A stretch of 64,000 bases of DNA, taken from positions 109,492 through 173,491 of the forward strand of contig JBILKR010000001.1 in the NCBI GenBank assembly GCA_044376575.1. The letters run 5' to 3'. Made by a program: the position numbers and the translations under genes. Of this stretch, positions 18,129-28,055 are shown piece by piece; the stretch's first letter is position 1; each line of letters opens with the position of its first letter. The stretch is from Flavobacteriales bacterium. Its GTDB lineage: Bacteria > Bacteroidota > Bacteroidia > CAIKAF01. The notes under the pieces are model-generated. The model saw nothing but the letters and a program-made list of their open reading frames with translations. It had not been told where the DNA came from and did not search any database.

Positions 18129-19631
18129 ATGAAGCTAAAATCAATGATCATAAAGCCGGTGGCAAAAGCGATTGCAAAAAAAATTAAACAATGGAGTTTG
18201 CACCCGCATGAATATCAGCAAAAACAATTTGATGTTTTAATAAAAAAAGGAAGGAACACCGCTTTTGGAATAGACCACAATTTATCATCAGTTCGCAATT
18301 ATGAGGATTTTAAAAAACATGTTCCCGTCAGAGAATATGAGTTGTTAAAGCCATATATAGATCAAGTGCTGAAAGGGAAAGAAAATGTATTGTGGCCAGG
18401 GAAGCCTCTATATCTGGCCAAAACATCAGGCACAACATCAGGCACAAAATATATTCCTATCACCAAAGACTCTGTCGCTCACCATGTGAATAGTGCCAGA
18501 AATGCCGTGTTTTGCTATATCGCAGAAACGGGGAATGCCTCTTTTTTTGACGGAGGAATGATTTTTTTATCCGGTAGTCCAGCGCTTGAAAAAACCGCAG
18601 GAATTTTTACCGGAAGATTGTCAGGAATTGTAAACCACCAGGTGCCTTGGTATGTTAAGAGAAACCAATTACCCTCTTACAACACCAACCGTATAGAAGA
18701 TTGGGAAGAGAAGGTGGATAAGATTGTTGATGAAACGTTTTACAGAGATATGCGTCTGATTGGAGGCATTCCTTCTTGGGTACAGATGTACTTTGAGCGA
18801 CTGCTTGAAAAAACAAACAAAACCAACATAAGAGAGATTTTTCCTAATCTTCAGTTATATGTTTATGGCGGAGTTAATTATGATCCATACCGCACTAAGT
18901 TTAAAAGTATGTTAGGAGGTAGCGTTGACACGATTGAGACGTATCCGGCATCAGAAGGGTTTATCGCATTTCAAGATACACAGCAATCACCGGGGCTTTT
19001 ATTACAACTCAACTCCGGAATTTTTTATGAATTTATTCCTGCAGAAGAAGCCCATCTCTCTAGTCCAACTCGCCTGCAATTGAGCGAAGTGAAACTAGGG
19101 GTGAATTATGCACTGGTATTGAATACCAATGCTGGTCTTTGGGGATATTTAATTGGAGACACGATAAAATTTGTTTCGTTATCGCCTTACCGAATTGTTG
19201 TTACCGGGCGAACCAAGCATTTCATTTCTGCCTTTGGCGAACATGTTATCTCCGAAGAAGTAGATACCGCAATGAAAATAGCACTTGAAAATGAGCCCGC
19301 AGAAGTTACGGAGTACCATGTGGCACCTCAGGTAAATCCTCTCGCCGGGGAACTTCCATATCACGAATGGTTTATTGAGTTTGCCCACCCACCAAAAAAC
19401 CTAGATCGGTTCATACAGATTTTAAATGAAACAATAGCAGAAAAAAACACTTATTACAATGACCTGATGGAGGGCAGAATACTTCAGCCACTCAAAATAA
19501 CGATGGTTGAAAAAGACGGATTTATCAGCTACATGAAATCAAAGGGAAAACTTGGAGGACAAAACAAAGTTCCGCGCCTTTCTGATCATCGTGAAATTGC
19601 TGATTCGCTTCCTGTGAAACAAACTCTCTAA
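18129..19631 (+). CDS. GH3 auxin-responsive-promoter family protein (acyl-adenylate-forming enzyme homolog)
   Basis: GH3-type P-loop is LAKTSGTTSGTKYIP, later followed by YGGVNYDPY, with length ~500 aa. The track start at 18054 is TTG and overlaps the divergent gene; the ATG at 18129 is preferred. Confidence 0.75.
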   Translation: MKLKSMIIKPVAKAIAKKIKQWSLHPHEYQQKQFDVLIKKGRNTAFGIDHNLSSVRNYEDFKKHVPVREYELLKPYIDQVLKGKENVLWPGKPLYLAKTSGTTSGTKYIPITKDSVAHHVNSARNAVFCYIAETGNASFFDGGMIFLSGSPALEKTAGIFTGRLSGIVNHQVPWYVKRNQLPSYNTNRIEDWEEKVDKIVDETFYRDMRLIGGIPSWVQMYFERLLEKTNKTNIREIFPNLQLYVYGGVNYDPYRTKFKSMLGGSVDTIETYPASEGFIAFQDTQQSPGLLLQLNSGIFYEFIPAEEAHLSSPTRLQLSEVKLGVNYALVLNTNAGLWGYLIGDTIKFVSLSPYRIVVTGRTKHFISAFGEHVISEEVDTAMKIALENEPAEVTEYHVAPQVNPLAGELPYHEWFIEFAHPPKNLDRFIQILNETIAEKNTYYNDLMEGRILQPLKITMVEKDGFISYMKSKGKLGGQNKVPRLSDHREIADSLPVKQTL

Positions 19632-19696
19632 CAAGCATGAAAACTTCTCTATTTATTACTATTTTCGCATTCTGTCAATTTGATTGATTAATACCT

Positions 19697-22600
19697 ATGA
19701 ATAAATTTAAAACACTGAACATTGTTTTTGGCTGGATAAGTTTTGCTGTCGCCATGATAACCTATGGTTTAACCATTGAACCAACGTCGAGTTTTTGGGA
19801 CTGTGGAGAGTTTATCAGTACAGCGTATAAACTTCAGGTAGGTCACCCGCCAGGAGCACCTTTGTTTGCTATGATGGCCAGGGTTTTTACAGTTTTCGCC
19901 GGAGACGATGTAAGCAAAGTGGCGATGATGGTGAATATGTTCTCAGCATTTGTTAGTGCGCTTACCATCGCCTTTTTGTTCTGGAGCATCACTGCGCTGG
20001 TTCAAAAAATATACCGCGACATGGAGCCTCAAAAAGAGTTTCAGTGGGATGGAATGAAAATGTTTACTGCTATTTGCAGCGGATTGTTAGGAGCGTTGGC
20101 TTATACATTCACAGATACATTTTGGTTTTCTGCGGTTGAAGGCGAGGTATATGCCCTTTCGTCTTTGTTTACAGCGGTAGTATTCTGGGCCATTTTAAGA
20201 TGGGAGCAAGTAGCTGATGAACCACACGCTGATCGATGGATTGTATTAATTGCATACCTCATGGGATTATCAATCGGTGTACACTTGTTGAACTTATTAA
20301 CTATTCCTGCGCTGGCCTTTACGTATTATTTCAGAAAATATAAAACAGATACCCGCGGTGTGATTATTACATTTATTACATCTGTATTTGTATTGTTGTT
20401 TATTCAGTACGGTATCATACAACGCGCAGTAGGATTGGCCGGAGTTTTTGATAAGATTTTCGTGAACTCATTTCACATGAACTTTGGTTCAGGAATTATT
20501 TTCTACTTGGTATTTCTTACCGCTGTATTTGCCGGCGGAATCATATACTCGGTAAAAAAGAATATTCCTGCATTGAACCTTTCGCTATGGTCAGCGGCTG
20601 TAATTATTATCGGATATTCTTCTTACGGGATGATTATTACCCGTTCGGTAGCGAATACACCGATGGACGAAAACAATCCGGAAAACGTTTATTCTTTTAT
20701 TTCCTACCTCAATCGCGAGCAGTATGGAGACCGTCCATTATTCAGAGGCCCATTTTATGATGCCAAGGTAATTAAGTCTGAAAAAGGAGACCCTATTTAT
20801 ATACAGGCTTTTGTGGTTAAAAATAAAAAAGGAAAGGCGCAGGAAACATTTACCGTCTTGAGAGAAGCAGAAGCATTTATTGAAAGCCATGAAGACAAAG
20901 CCAATTTAAAAATTGTAAACGAATATGTGCTGAATGGACATAAGCCAGAGTATGTGTATGACCCGAACAGGATTACATTATTTCCGAGAATGCATAGCCC
21001 TGAAAAAAATCACATTGCCGAATATGAATATTGGGCCAACATGAAAAAAGGAGAAAAGCCTGATTTTGGTGATAACATTTTCTTCATGTTCCGGTATCAG
21101 TTTGGATGGATGTACGGTCGTTATTTCATGTGGAATTTTGCCGGAAGAGAAAACGATAATCAAGGCTATGGCGATCCCAATAAAGGGCACTGGATGAGTG
21201 GAATCCCGGCTGTTGATGAGTGGAGCACAGGCATGCCTCAAACCAACCTGCCTGACGAATTGAAAGATAATAAAGCGCGTAACCGCTATTATTTCTTACC
21301 ATTGATATTGGGTTTAATCGGTTTCGTTTTTCAATTGAATAAAGATAAAAAAGCATTTACTGTAGTGGCGCTGTTTTTCTTAATGACAGGACTGGCCACC
21401 GTATTTTATTTGAATCAGCCTCCTGTAGAGCCCCGCGAAAGGGACTATACATTTGCCGGCTCGTTTTATGCATTTGCCATTTGGATTGGACTGGGATTCA
21501 TGGCGTTGATGCATTATATGAAAGATTTGAATAAAAATGATTTAATGATTCCTGCGGTTGGCGCCGGCCTTGGAATTGTTGGCGTTGTATTAGGCTCTGC
21601 TACCGGAAATGCAGGATTTGGATGGATGCTGGTATTTATTTCAGTAATTTATGCCGCATTGATTTATCTGCCGAATGTATTGTATAAAGCGATTAAGCAG
21701 GAATTGATGATCGGCATATTATTTTTCATTATCACGATGGTTTCTGCACCGGTATTGCTTGCAAAAGAAAACTGGGACGACCATACCCGAGCCAAACGAT
21801 ATACGGCGCGAGATACTGCATTCAATTATTTGAATTCATGTGCCCCGAATGCAATTCTCTTTACCAATGGAGATAATGATACCTTCCCATTATGGTATTT
21901 ACAGGAGGTGGAAGGCGTGCGCACCGATGTGCGTGTTGTAAATCTGAGTCTGTTAAATACCGATTGGTATATTAATCAGATGAAGCGCAAGGCTTATGAT
22001 GGAGAGCCGGTTCCTTTTGGGCTGAAAGAAACAGAATACCGACAAGGCACGAGAGATATAGTTTATCTTGACAACTGGCTTGAGGAACAGAATTCTTGTA
22101 TGATTGATAATACCGGAAGAAAGTGTCAGCAGTACTATCGCGTTTCTGATCAGATGAAAAAGATGTTAAAGGGTGGTGAAAGGGTAGATTATTTCCCATC
22201 CAATAAGTTCATCCTTCCAATTGATTCTGCAAAAGTTGTGGATAATGGAACTGTTCCGAAAGGAATGGAAGGTCGAGTGAAAAAATACCTTGCCTGGGAA
22301 TTAAATAAATCATACGTTTTAAAGTCTGAATTAATGGTGTTGGATTTATTGGCCAACTTTAACTGGGATCGCCCTGTGTACTTTGCTGTAACTGTCGGCG
22401 GAAGAAATTATGTAGGCCTTGAAAACAACTTTATGCTTGACGGACTTGCATATCGACTGGTTCCATTCGATACTCGTTCTCACGACGGACAAGACGGAGA
22501 GGTAAATACTGCTGTGATGTATGAAAATTTCATGAAGAAATTCAGATGGGGTAACATTAATGATCCGGAGGTTTACTTAGATGAAACCAACATGAGAATG

Positions 22601-23041
22601 ACCATGAATTTCAGAAGTAATTTTGTACGTCTTGCATCTAAATTACTCATGGAAGGAAAGATTAAGAAAGCGACAGAAGTGCTTGATAAAGCCGAAGAAC
22701 TTATGCCTGATAGTAAAGTGCCATATAATTATTTCACATTAATGATGGCAGATGTTTATATGAAACTGGGAGAAAACGACAAGGCTATTGCATTGCTCAC
22801 TCGATTGAAGGAAAGGTCAGAACAGTGGATTACATATTATGGCCAGGTCGAAAAAATGAGTAAATCATTGCAGGAAGAATTGCAGCGCCATGAAATGGTA
22901 GCTCAGCAATGTCAGGCATTTATTCAAAAGGCGAACGAAGACAAGAATAAGCCTGCTGTGAAAAAACAGAAAAATGCGAATGAAGAAGTCTCACCAGACT
23001 CTTCAACAGCTCCAATCAAGGATAGTGTTGAAGTAAATTAA
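19697..23041 (+). CDS. DUF2723 domain-containing giant membrane protein (GT-C-like) with a C-terminal TPR-like region
   Basis: N-terminal SFWDCGEFISTAYKLQVGHPPGAPLF is the DUF2723 hallmark. It has many TM helices and a helical C-terminus. Confidence 0.7.
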   Translation: MNKFKTLNIVFGWISFAVAMITYGLTIEPTSSFWDCGEFISTAYKLQVGHPPGAPLFAMMARVFTVFAGDDVSKVAMMVNMFSAFVSALTIAFLFWSITALVQKIYRDMEPQKEFQWDGMKMFTAICSGLLGALAYTFTDTFWFSAVEGEVYALSSLFTAVVFWAILRWEQVADEPHADRWIVLIAYLMGLSIGVHLLNLLTIPALAFTYYFRKYKTDTRGVIITFITSVFVLLFIQYGIIQRAVGLAGVFDKIFVNSFHMNFGSGIIFYLVFLTAVFAGGIIYSVKKNIPALNLSLWSAAVIIIGYSSYGMIITRSVANTPMDENNPENVYSFISYLNREQYGDRPLFRGPFYDAKVIKSEKGDPIYIQAFVVKNKKGKAQETFTVLREAEAFIESHEDKANLKIVNEYVLNGHKPEYVYDPNRITLFPRMHSPEKNHIAEYEYWANMKKGEKPDFGDNIFFMFRYQFGWMYGRYFMWNFAGRENDNQGYGDPNKGHWMSGIPAVDEWSTGMPQTNLPDELKDNKARNRYYFLPLILGLIGFVFQLNKDKKAFTVVALFFLMTGLATVFYLNQPPVEPRERDYTFAGSFYAFAIWIGLGFMALMHYMKDLNKNDLMIPAVGAGLGIVGVVLGSATGNAGFGWMLVFISVIYAALIYLPNVLYKAIKQELMIGILFFIITMVSAPVLLAKENWDDHTRAKRYTARDTAFNYLNSCAPNAILFTNGDNDTFPLWYLQEVEGVRTDVRVVNLSLLNTDWYINQMKRKAYDGEPVPFGLKETEYRQGTRDIVYLDNWLEEQNSCMIDNTGRKCQQYYRVSDQMKKMLKGGERVDYFPSNKFILPIDSAKVVDNGTVPKGMEGRVKKYLAWELNKSYVLKSELMVLDLLANFNWDRPVYFAVTVGGRNYVGLENNFMLDGLAYRLVPFDTRSHDGQDGEVNTAVMYENFMKKFRWGNINDPEVYLDETNMRMTMNFRSNFVRLASKLLMEGKIKKATEVLDKAEELMPDSKVPYNYFTLMMADVYMKLGENDKAIALLTRLKERSEQWITYYGQVEKMSKSLQEELQRHEMVAQQCQAFIQKANEDKNKPAVKKQKNANEEVSPDSSTAPIKDSVEVN

Positions 23042-23049
23042 AAGTAAAA

Positions 23050-23075
23050 GGCCTGAAATTTTCAGGCCTTTTTTT
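23050..23075. terminator. Bidirectional rho-independent terminator between convergent genes
   Basis: GGCCTGAAA/TTTCAGGCC stem flanked by an A-run upstream and a T-run downstream. Confidence 0.7.
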
Positions 23076-24018
23076 ATAAAAGAATGTCTTTCAAATTCTT
23101 CAGCATATCCTCAACCATAGCCTCTAATGAGTATTGGGGCTTCCAGTTCCAGTCGTTACGTGCGGCCGAATCATCAATACTTTGTGGCCATGAATCAGCG
23201 ATTTGCTGCCTGAAATCCGGAGCATAGGAAATAGTAAATTCCGGAATATGTTTCTTAATGCTATCTGCAAGCTCTTTCGGTGTAAAACTAAACGCCGCTA
23301 CATTATAACATGACCGTATTTTTACTTTATCTGAAGGTGCTTGCATAATATCAATTGTTGCGCGTATGGCATCCGGCATATACATCATCGGCAAGCGGCT
23401 TTCAGCTCCCAAAAACGAAGTATAACTTTTTGTTTTTAATGCCTGATGAAAAATATCTACAGCATAATCTGTTGTTCCTCCGCCTGGAGGAGCACTGTAG
23501 CTTATAAGCCCCGGATAGCGCAGGCCCCGCACATCTACCCCAAATTTATGATTGTACCATTCGCACCAGCGCTCTCCCGCCAGTTTGCTAATTCCATAAA
23601 TGGTGGAGGGTTCTGTAATGGTATGCTGAGGCGTATTTTGCTTTGGTGTTGTAGGGCCAAACGCAGCGATGCTGCTTGGCCAGTAGAGTTGTGAAAAATG
23701 TTTTTCCTTCGCCATGTCCAGCACATAAAACAAACTATTCATGTTGAGCTCCCAGGCCTTTTCCGGATATTTTTCTCCGGTTGCAGATAGCATTGCGGCA
23801 AGAAGATATACATGGGTAATGTCATGTTTTTTTATCACCTCAAATACCCGTTGTTTGTCCAGCACGTTGATTACTTCATATGGTCCGTCGCTGTCGTTCG
23901 CCTCTTTAATATCAGAGGCAATTACATGTCCATTGCCATATATATTTCGAAGGGCAGCTACTAGCTCGGTACCGATTTGTCCGCCACTTCCAAGAACTAG
24001 AATGTTATCTTTTTTCAT
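23074..24018 (-). CDS. NAD-dependent epimerase/dehydratase family protein, L-threonine 3-dehydrogenase-like
   Basis: Rossmann motif is ILVLGSGGQIGTEL. The extended SDR has YGISK (YxxxK). Length is 314 aa. Confidence 0.65.
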   Translation of the reverse strand: MKKDNILVLGSGGQIGTELVAALRNIYGNGHVIASDIKEANDSDGPYEVINVLDKQRVFEVIKKHDITHVYLLAAMLSATGEKYPEKAWELNMNSLFYVLDMAKEKHFSQLYWPSSIAAFGPTTPKQNTPQHTITEPSTIYGISKLAGERWCEWYNHKFGVDVRGLRYPGLISYSAPPGGGTTDYAVDIFHQALKTKSYTSFLGAESRLPMMYMPDAIRATIDIMQAPSDKVKIRSCYNVAAFSFTPKELADSIKKHIPEFTISYAPDFRQQIADSWPQSIDDSAARNDWNWKPQYSLEAMVEDMLKNLKDILL

Positions 24019-24071
24019 CTCGCTGATTTTATCACAAACCTACATACACTGTTTTCATTTTACAACAGGTA

Positions 24072-24311
24072 TTAGTTTTTCTTTTGTTTGCGATACTTCC
24101 ACCACAATAGACCTATGGCAGTAAGCATCACATAAGGAATGGCCATTAAGTAAAGGATACCATTATTCAGTGCAATCGCATTTTCTTGATGATCCTGCGT
24201 GGCTGTTCTTGCTGTTTCGTTACACATGGCACATTGTGCAGATAAATCTATCGTGGAGCAGATAATCAACACAAACAAAAAGAAAAGAAATTGTATTTGC
24301 GTTTTTTTCAT
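24072..24311 (-). CDS. Small signal-peptide protein with a CxxC motif and a C-terminal TM anchor
   Basis: MKKTQIQFLFFLFVLIICSTIDLSAQCAMCNE...ILYLMAIPYVMLTAIGLLWWKYRKQKKN. The ATG at 24311 forms an ATGA overlap with the DUF420 stop. The longer track ORF to 24383 is probably an artefact. Confidence 0.5.
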   Translation of the reverse strand: MKKTQIQFLFFLFVLIICSTIDLSAQCAMCNETARTATQDHQENAIALNNGILYLMAIPYVMLTAIGLLWWKYRKQKKN

Positions 24312-24847
24312 GCAGGATAGTAGGGTGAAATCATGAGATAAACAACAACGCCGGTAACAGAAACGTATAACCATACAGGCCATGTATATTTCGCTAGTTT
24401 TTTATGTACCGGATATTCTCCTGTAAGTGCACGATATGCTGTAAACAGAATAAAAGGCAGAATAATTGCTGCCAGAAAAACATGAGTTATTAATACAAAA
24501 TAATAAATAGTTTTTATGATTCCTTCGCCAATAAATGACGTTGGGTCGGTAAGTAGATGATGAAAGATGTAAGACACTAAAAACAATACAGACAAAGCCA
24601 TCGACGACATCATCAATAGGCGGTGCAGCTCTTGTTTTTTTGATTTGATAGCAACAAGACCTAAAATCAGCAAAACAGAAACGACAGAGTTGATACCGGC
24701 ATTGATCTTGGCAAAAATATGCACATCAAATCCAGGATCAAATTCAAGTTTAATTTTTGAAAGTGCTGTTACAGCAATAAAAACAACAGCTGATACAATT
24801 CCGATAAATATATAAGCCGCTTTATCATTTTTTTTAATCGTATTCAT
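24308..24847 (-). CDS. DUF420 family membrane protein (CtaM-like cytochrome oxidase accessory protein)
   Basis: Four to five TM helices, ~180 aa, and the conserved position next to SCO in oxidase clusters. Confidence 0.55.
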   Translation of the reverse strand: MNTIKKNDKAAYIFIGIVSAVVFIAVTALSKIKLEFDPGFDVHIFAKINAGINSVVSVLLILGLVAIKSKKQELHRLLMMSSMALSVLFLVSYIFHHLLTDPTSFIGEGIIKTIYYFVLITHVFLAAIILPFILFTAYRALTGEYPVHKKLAKYTWPVWLYVSVTGVVVYLMISPYYPA

Positions 24848-24854
24848 AATTTAA

Positions 24855-25583
24855 TTATTTATTAAGTAATAGTTTTTTAATGTCACTTACAATACTGTCG
24901 GCCACTTCATTTCGTGTACCATCGTATACACCGCGGATGTGTTTGTTTTGATCCACTAGCACGAGGAACCCGCTGTGTAGGTATCCTCCTTCTGCATTTG
25001 CATCTTCTTTTGCAAAGGCCATATAAGATTCTTCGCAAATAGTGTAGATAGAGTCCCTGTTACCGGTAACAAATGTCCAGAGAGATTCGTCGGCATTGTT
25101 TTTTTTCGCATATGCTTTTAGCTCTTCTGGCGTGTCATGTTCCGGATCAATGGAATGAGAAAGGATATAAAAATTATTTTCACCTTTCATCTTTTCTTGA
25201 ACGCGTTGTAAAGTGGTTGCCATTTTCGGACAAATGCTCGGACAAGTGGTAAAGAAAAATTCAGCGAGGTAAACTTTTTCGTTGAAATAAGTGTCTGTGA
25301 TTACCTCATTGTTTTGATTGATAAAAGAAAACGACGGAATGGTGTGATATATAGTATCCGGAACCAATGTCCCATTGACTGTTTTTTCCGTGATTAAATG
25401 CGGTCCAATATACGGCAATGAAGGAGCCGTAAACTTCATTTCGCGCTCAGGAGAAACACTTTTTGGGCCACAAGAAATAAGTGTACCCACCACAACAAGC
25501 GTGCTTAAAACGCGATTAATTCCTTTTTTGCTCAATTTTATCATCATACTTAAAATACCGGTGTGTCTTAAAATTGAGTTCAT
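24855..25583 (-). CDS. SCO1/SenC family copper chaperone (lipoprotein)
   Basis: Thioredoxin fold with Cu-binding FFFTTCPSICP (CxxxC) and a downstream HSGFLVLVD. Lipobox is LISCG. The real start is probably the MMIKLSKK methionines near 25547. Confidence 0.8.
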   Translation of the reverse strand: MNSILRHTGILSMMIKLSKKGINRVLSTLVVVGTLISCGPKSVSPEREMKFTAPSLPYIGPHLITEKTVNGTLVPDTIYHTIPSFSFINQNNEVITDTYFNEKVYLAEFFFTTCPSICPKMATTLQRVQEKMKGENNFYILSHSIDPEHDTPEELKAYAKKNNADESLWTFVTGNRDSIYTICEESYMAFAKEDANAEGGYLHSGFLVLVDQNKHIRGVYDGTRNEVADSIVSDIKKLLLNK

Positions 25584-26217
25584 ATTCGCGTTTCAAATAA
25601 CTAATCTCTTGTTTAAGCCGTTTAATATCAGCAGCTAAAATTGGATTGTAATATCCTCTTATCCTTTTTTCTTTATCGATGAGTATAATGCTGTAGGGAT
25701 CTGTTTTTTCATTTTCCGGGAAATAAAATTCTCTTATAAATGCAGAAGAGTCATTAAGAAACAGGTACGTCCAGAGAGAATCAACGGGGGCAAGTTTTTT
25801 TGTAAAAGATGAAGGACGAGACCAGTCCATGTTTTCGCCGTGAATGATGTGTGTTAGCGCTTTAATATCCCGATGTTCAGGAAGAGCTTCGGAAATGGCA
25901 TACACTATTTCTTTTGGGATGGTATTGATTTCTTTTGCATCGATAAAGTGAGCAATATAAATTTCGCCATCGAATGTACTGCTGTTAAATTCTTTTTTAT
26001 CGTGTGTTGGTGCCGTATAAACTCCCACTTCGTGATACAGGGTATCTTGTATCATTTTTCCACGGTAACTTTTTTCCACGATTTTTTTAGGACCATAAAA
26101 CTTAAGACGTGATACATGATGAACGCCGGTATAAACAAATACGTAAAATAAAATCGAGGGTACTGCAAGCAACCCGAATACAATGCTATACTTAACAACA
26201 GATTTTTTTGACATCAT
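25516..26217 (-). CDS. Membrane-anchored SCO-like paralog lacking the CxxxC copper site
   Basis: Aligns by eye with the neighbouring SCO: IYIAHFIDAKEINTIPKEI versus VYLAEFFFTTCPSICPKMA, and ILIDKEKRIRGYY versus VLVDQNKHIRGVY. It has no cysteines at the metal site. Confidence 0.45.
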   Translation of the reverse strand: MMSKKSVVKYSIVFGLLAVPSILFYVFVYTGVHHVSRLKFYGPKKIVEKSYRGKMIQDTLYHEVGVYTAPTHDKKEFNSSTFDGEIYIAHFIDAKEINTIPKEIVYAISEALPEHRDIKALTHIIHGENMDWSRPSSFTKKLAPVDSLWTYLFLNDSSAFIREFYFPENEKTDPYSIILIDKEKRIRGYYNPILAADIKRLKQEISYLKREYELNFKTHRYFKYDDKIEQKRN

Positions 26218-26250
26218 AGTTATTCAACAAAATTCACGATGAAAGGTTAC

Positions 26251-26280
26251 AAAAAACCCGGTTAATTTTTTAACCGGGTT
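26251..26280 (-). terminator. Rho-independent terminator/attenuator after the oxidase subunit genes
   Basis: AACCCGGTTAA-TTTT-TTAACCGGGTT perfect 11-bp stem, followed on the minus strand by a T-run. Confidence 0.65.
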
Positions 26281-26287
26281 TATATGA

Positions 26288-26680
26288 TTAATGCGTTGCT
26301 GCACCTTGTTTCAGGAAATCGGGAAAGATAAGTCGGATATCTGTTTGATAATACCCTTCAATCATCATTAAAAGAATAAAGTAACTCAAAATAATAATTA
26401 AGAATCCAAGCGTTAACTTAAAATTCTTGCGCTCATCTTTTAAGTGCATGTATGAAAAAACAATATAATAAGCCTTTAAAAGGGTTAAAAGAATGAATGT
26501 TGGCTTTAACCAGGCATCCCATCCCATGTGGCCATAATAGTTAACGCTTGCCAGCCCAACTTCAATAAGTGTTACGCCAAGCAAATACCAGAAGATAACC
26601 CAGATCCATTTTGTTTTAGGAGGATCAATGGTTTGACCGGGTTGATAAAGATGCTGATGATATGAATCTTGAACTTCCAT
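26288..26680 (-). CDS. Cytochrome c oxidase subunit IV-like small membrane protein
   Basis: 130 aa with 3-4 TM helices, immediately downstream of the subunit III genes. Confidence 0.55.
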   Translation of the reverse strand: MEVQDSYHQHLYQPGQTIDPPKTKWIWVIFWYLLGVTLIEVGLASVNYYGHMGWDAWLKPTFILLTLLKAYYIVFSYMHLKDERKNFKLTLGFLIIILSYFILLMMIEGYYQTDIRLIFPDFLKQGAATH

Positions 26681-26708
26681 AGTATAATTAATTGATTTTG
26701 GTTAATGA

Positions 26709-27419
26709 TCAGATTAAGTAGAAGAAAGTAAATACGAATACCCACACAAGGTCAACGAAGTGCCAGTATAACCCGACTTTTTCAACGAATTCATAATGGC
26801 CGCGTTTTTCAAATACACCCCGCATTGCCATAATTAACGTGATGACATTAAGAACAACCCCGCTAAATACATGAGAACCATGAAACCCTGTGATAAAGAA
26901 AAATAATTGTGCAAAGAGCGGATGTCCATACTCATTCTGCGTTAGATTGGCGCCATAGAAAACAGATCCGTCTGGCAATGGTCTTCCATCATGTGTTCCT
27001 GTAATGAATGCAGTCCACTCATAAGCCTGTGATCCTAAGAACATCAAGCCACCAATGATGGTTAATACCAACCAGAAAACAACATTTTTCTTATCGAATC
27101 TGTGACCGGCCTCAACAGCCAATACCATCGTTACAGAACTCATGATCAATATAAATGTCATTAACGAAACGAAAGCAAGAGGAATATGTGCTTCTACAAA
27201 AGGGAAGTGGTTAAAAACCATGTCCGGATCAGGCCAACTTCCTTCGCCGCGATAAGTATTGCGCGATGCTCCGTAATAAATCAATAAACTGGAAAATGTC
27301 AATGCATCAGAAACAAGGAAAAACCACATCATCATCTTTCCCCAACTGATATTATACGGTGCCGCTCCGCCACCCCAGGCCTCTTTAGCCGATACCGTTT
27401 CTGTTGTTGTGTGCGCCAT
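26709..27419 (-). CDS. Heme-copper oxidase subunit III
   Basis: Motifs FFFITGFHGSHVFSGV and WHFVDLVWVFVF. Confidence 0.8.
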   Translation of the reverse strand: MAHTTTETVSAKEAWGGGAAPYNISWGKMMMWFFLVSDALTFSSLLIYYGASRNTYRGEGSWPDPDMVFNHFPFVEAHIPLAFVSLMTFILIMSSVTMVLAVEAGHRFDKKNVVFWLVLTIIGGLMFLGSQAYEWTAFITGTHDGRPLPDGSVFYGANLTQNEYGHPLFAQLFFFITGFHGSHVFSGVVLNVITLIMAMRGVFEKRGHYEFVEKVGLYWHFVDLVWVFVFTFFYLI

Positions 27420-27455
27420 AGTTATAAATTCTGTAGGTTAACTATTATTAAAAAT

Positions 27456-28055
27456 TTATAAAATTCGATCCTGAAATTGTAAAAACAGGAACAAATATAA
27501 CCACAATCCATCTAAAAAATGCCAAAAAGTAGCCGACAATTTTAATCCCAGATAATTTTTTGTAGTGTATTTGCCTCTCATAGATTGTATAAAACTCACA
27601 AAAACAGCGATAATCCCGCCAATCATGTGCAGTAAATGCAAGGCTGTAACCACATAAAAAAATGATCCGGAGATATTTCCGGTTTTGTTATCAATAAAAT
27701 ATATATCGTTTTGTACCAGTGCCTCCCAGCCTTTAAATTGTAACCAGGCAAAAATCAACCCGAAAATAAACGTGACAAGCAATAACAATGACGCAGGTCC
27801 TTTCCGTTCTTTTTTAGTGAGTGTAACTGCGGCGCCAATGCTTATGCTGCTCAAAAGAAGAACAACAGTGCTTAATGTAAATTCAAATGGGATAGCAAAA
27901 GAAAACCAGTTGCCATCAGCTTTTCTCACAACTATAGCGCTTGTTAGTGCTGCAAAAATCATCACCATAGAGATCATGCTCAGCCATAAAAGAAATTTTT
28001 TTGAACGCTCGTTGTCTTCTGCAGAAATTTGCGTAGATGAAATATTTGAATTCAT
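27456..28055 (-). CDS. Heme-copper oxidase subunit III family protein (second, shorter paralog)
   Basis: Motifs FYVVTALHLLHMIGGI and FWHFLDGLWLYLF. It has a 4-nt overlap with cyoE. Confidence 0.7.
   Translation of the reverse strand: MNSNISSTQISAEDNERSKKFLLWLSMISMVMIFAALTSAIVVRKADGNWFSFAIPFEFTLSTVVLLLSSISIGAAVTLTKKERKGPASLLLLVTFIFGLIFAWLQFKGWEALVQNDIYFIDNKTGNISGSFFYVVTALHLLHMIGGIIAVFVSFIQSMRGKYTTKNYLGLKLSATFWHFLDGLWLYLFLFLQFQDRIL

Noticed and set aside
24312-24383. The longer 103-aa version of the small CxxC ORF
   Set aside because: It would overlap the DUF420 gene by 76 nt. The internal ATG at 24311 gives a clean signal peptide and an ATGA coupling to the upstream stop.
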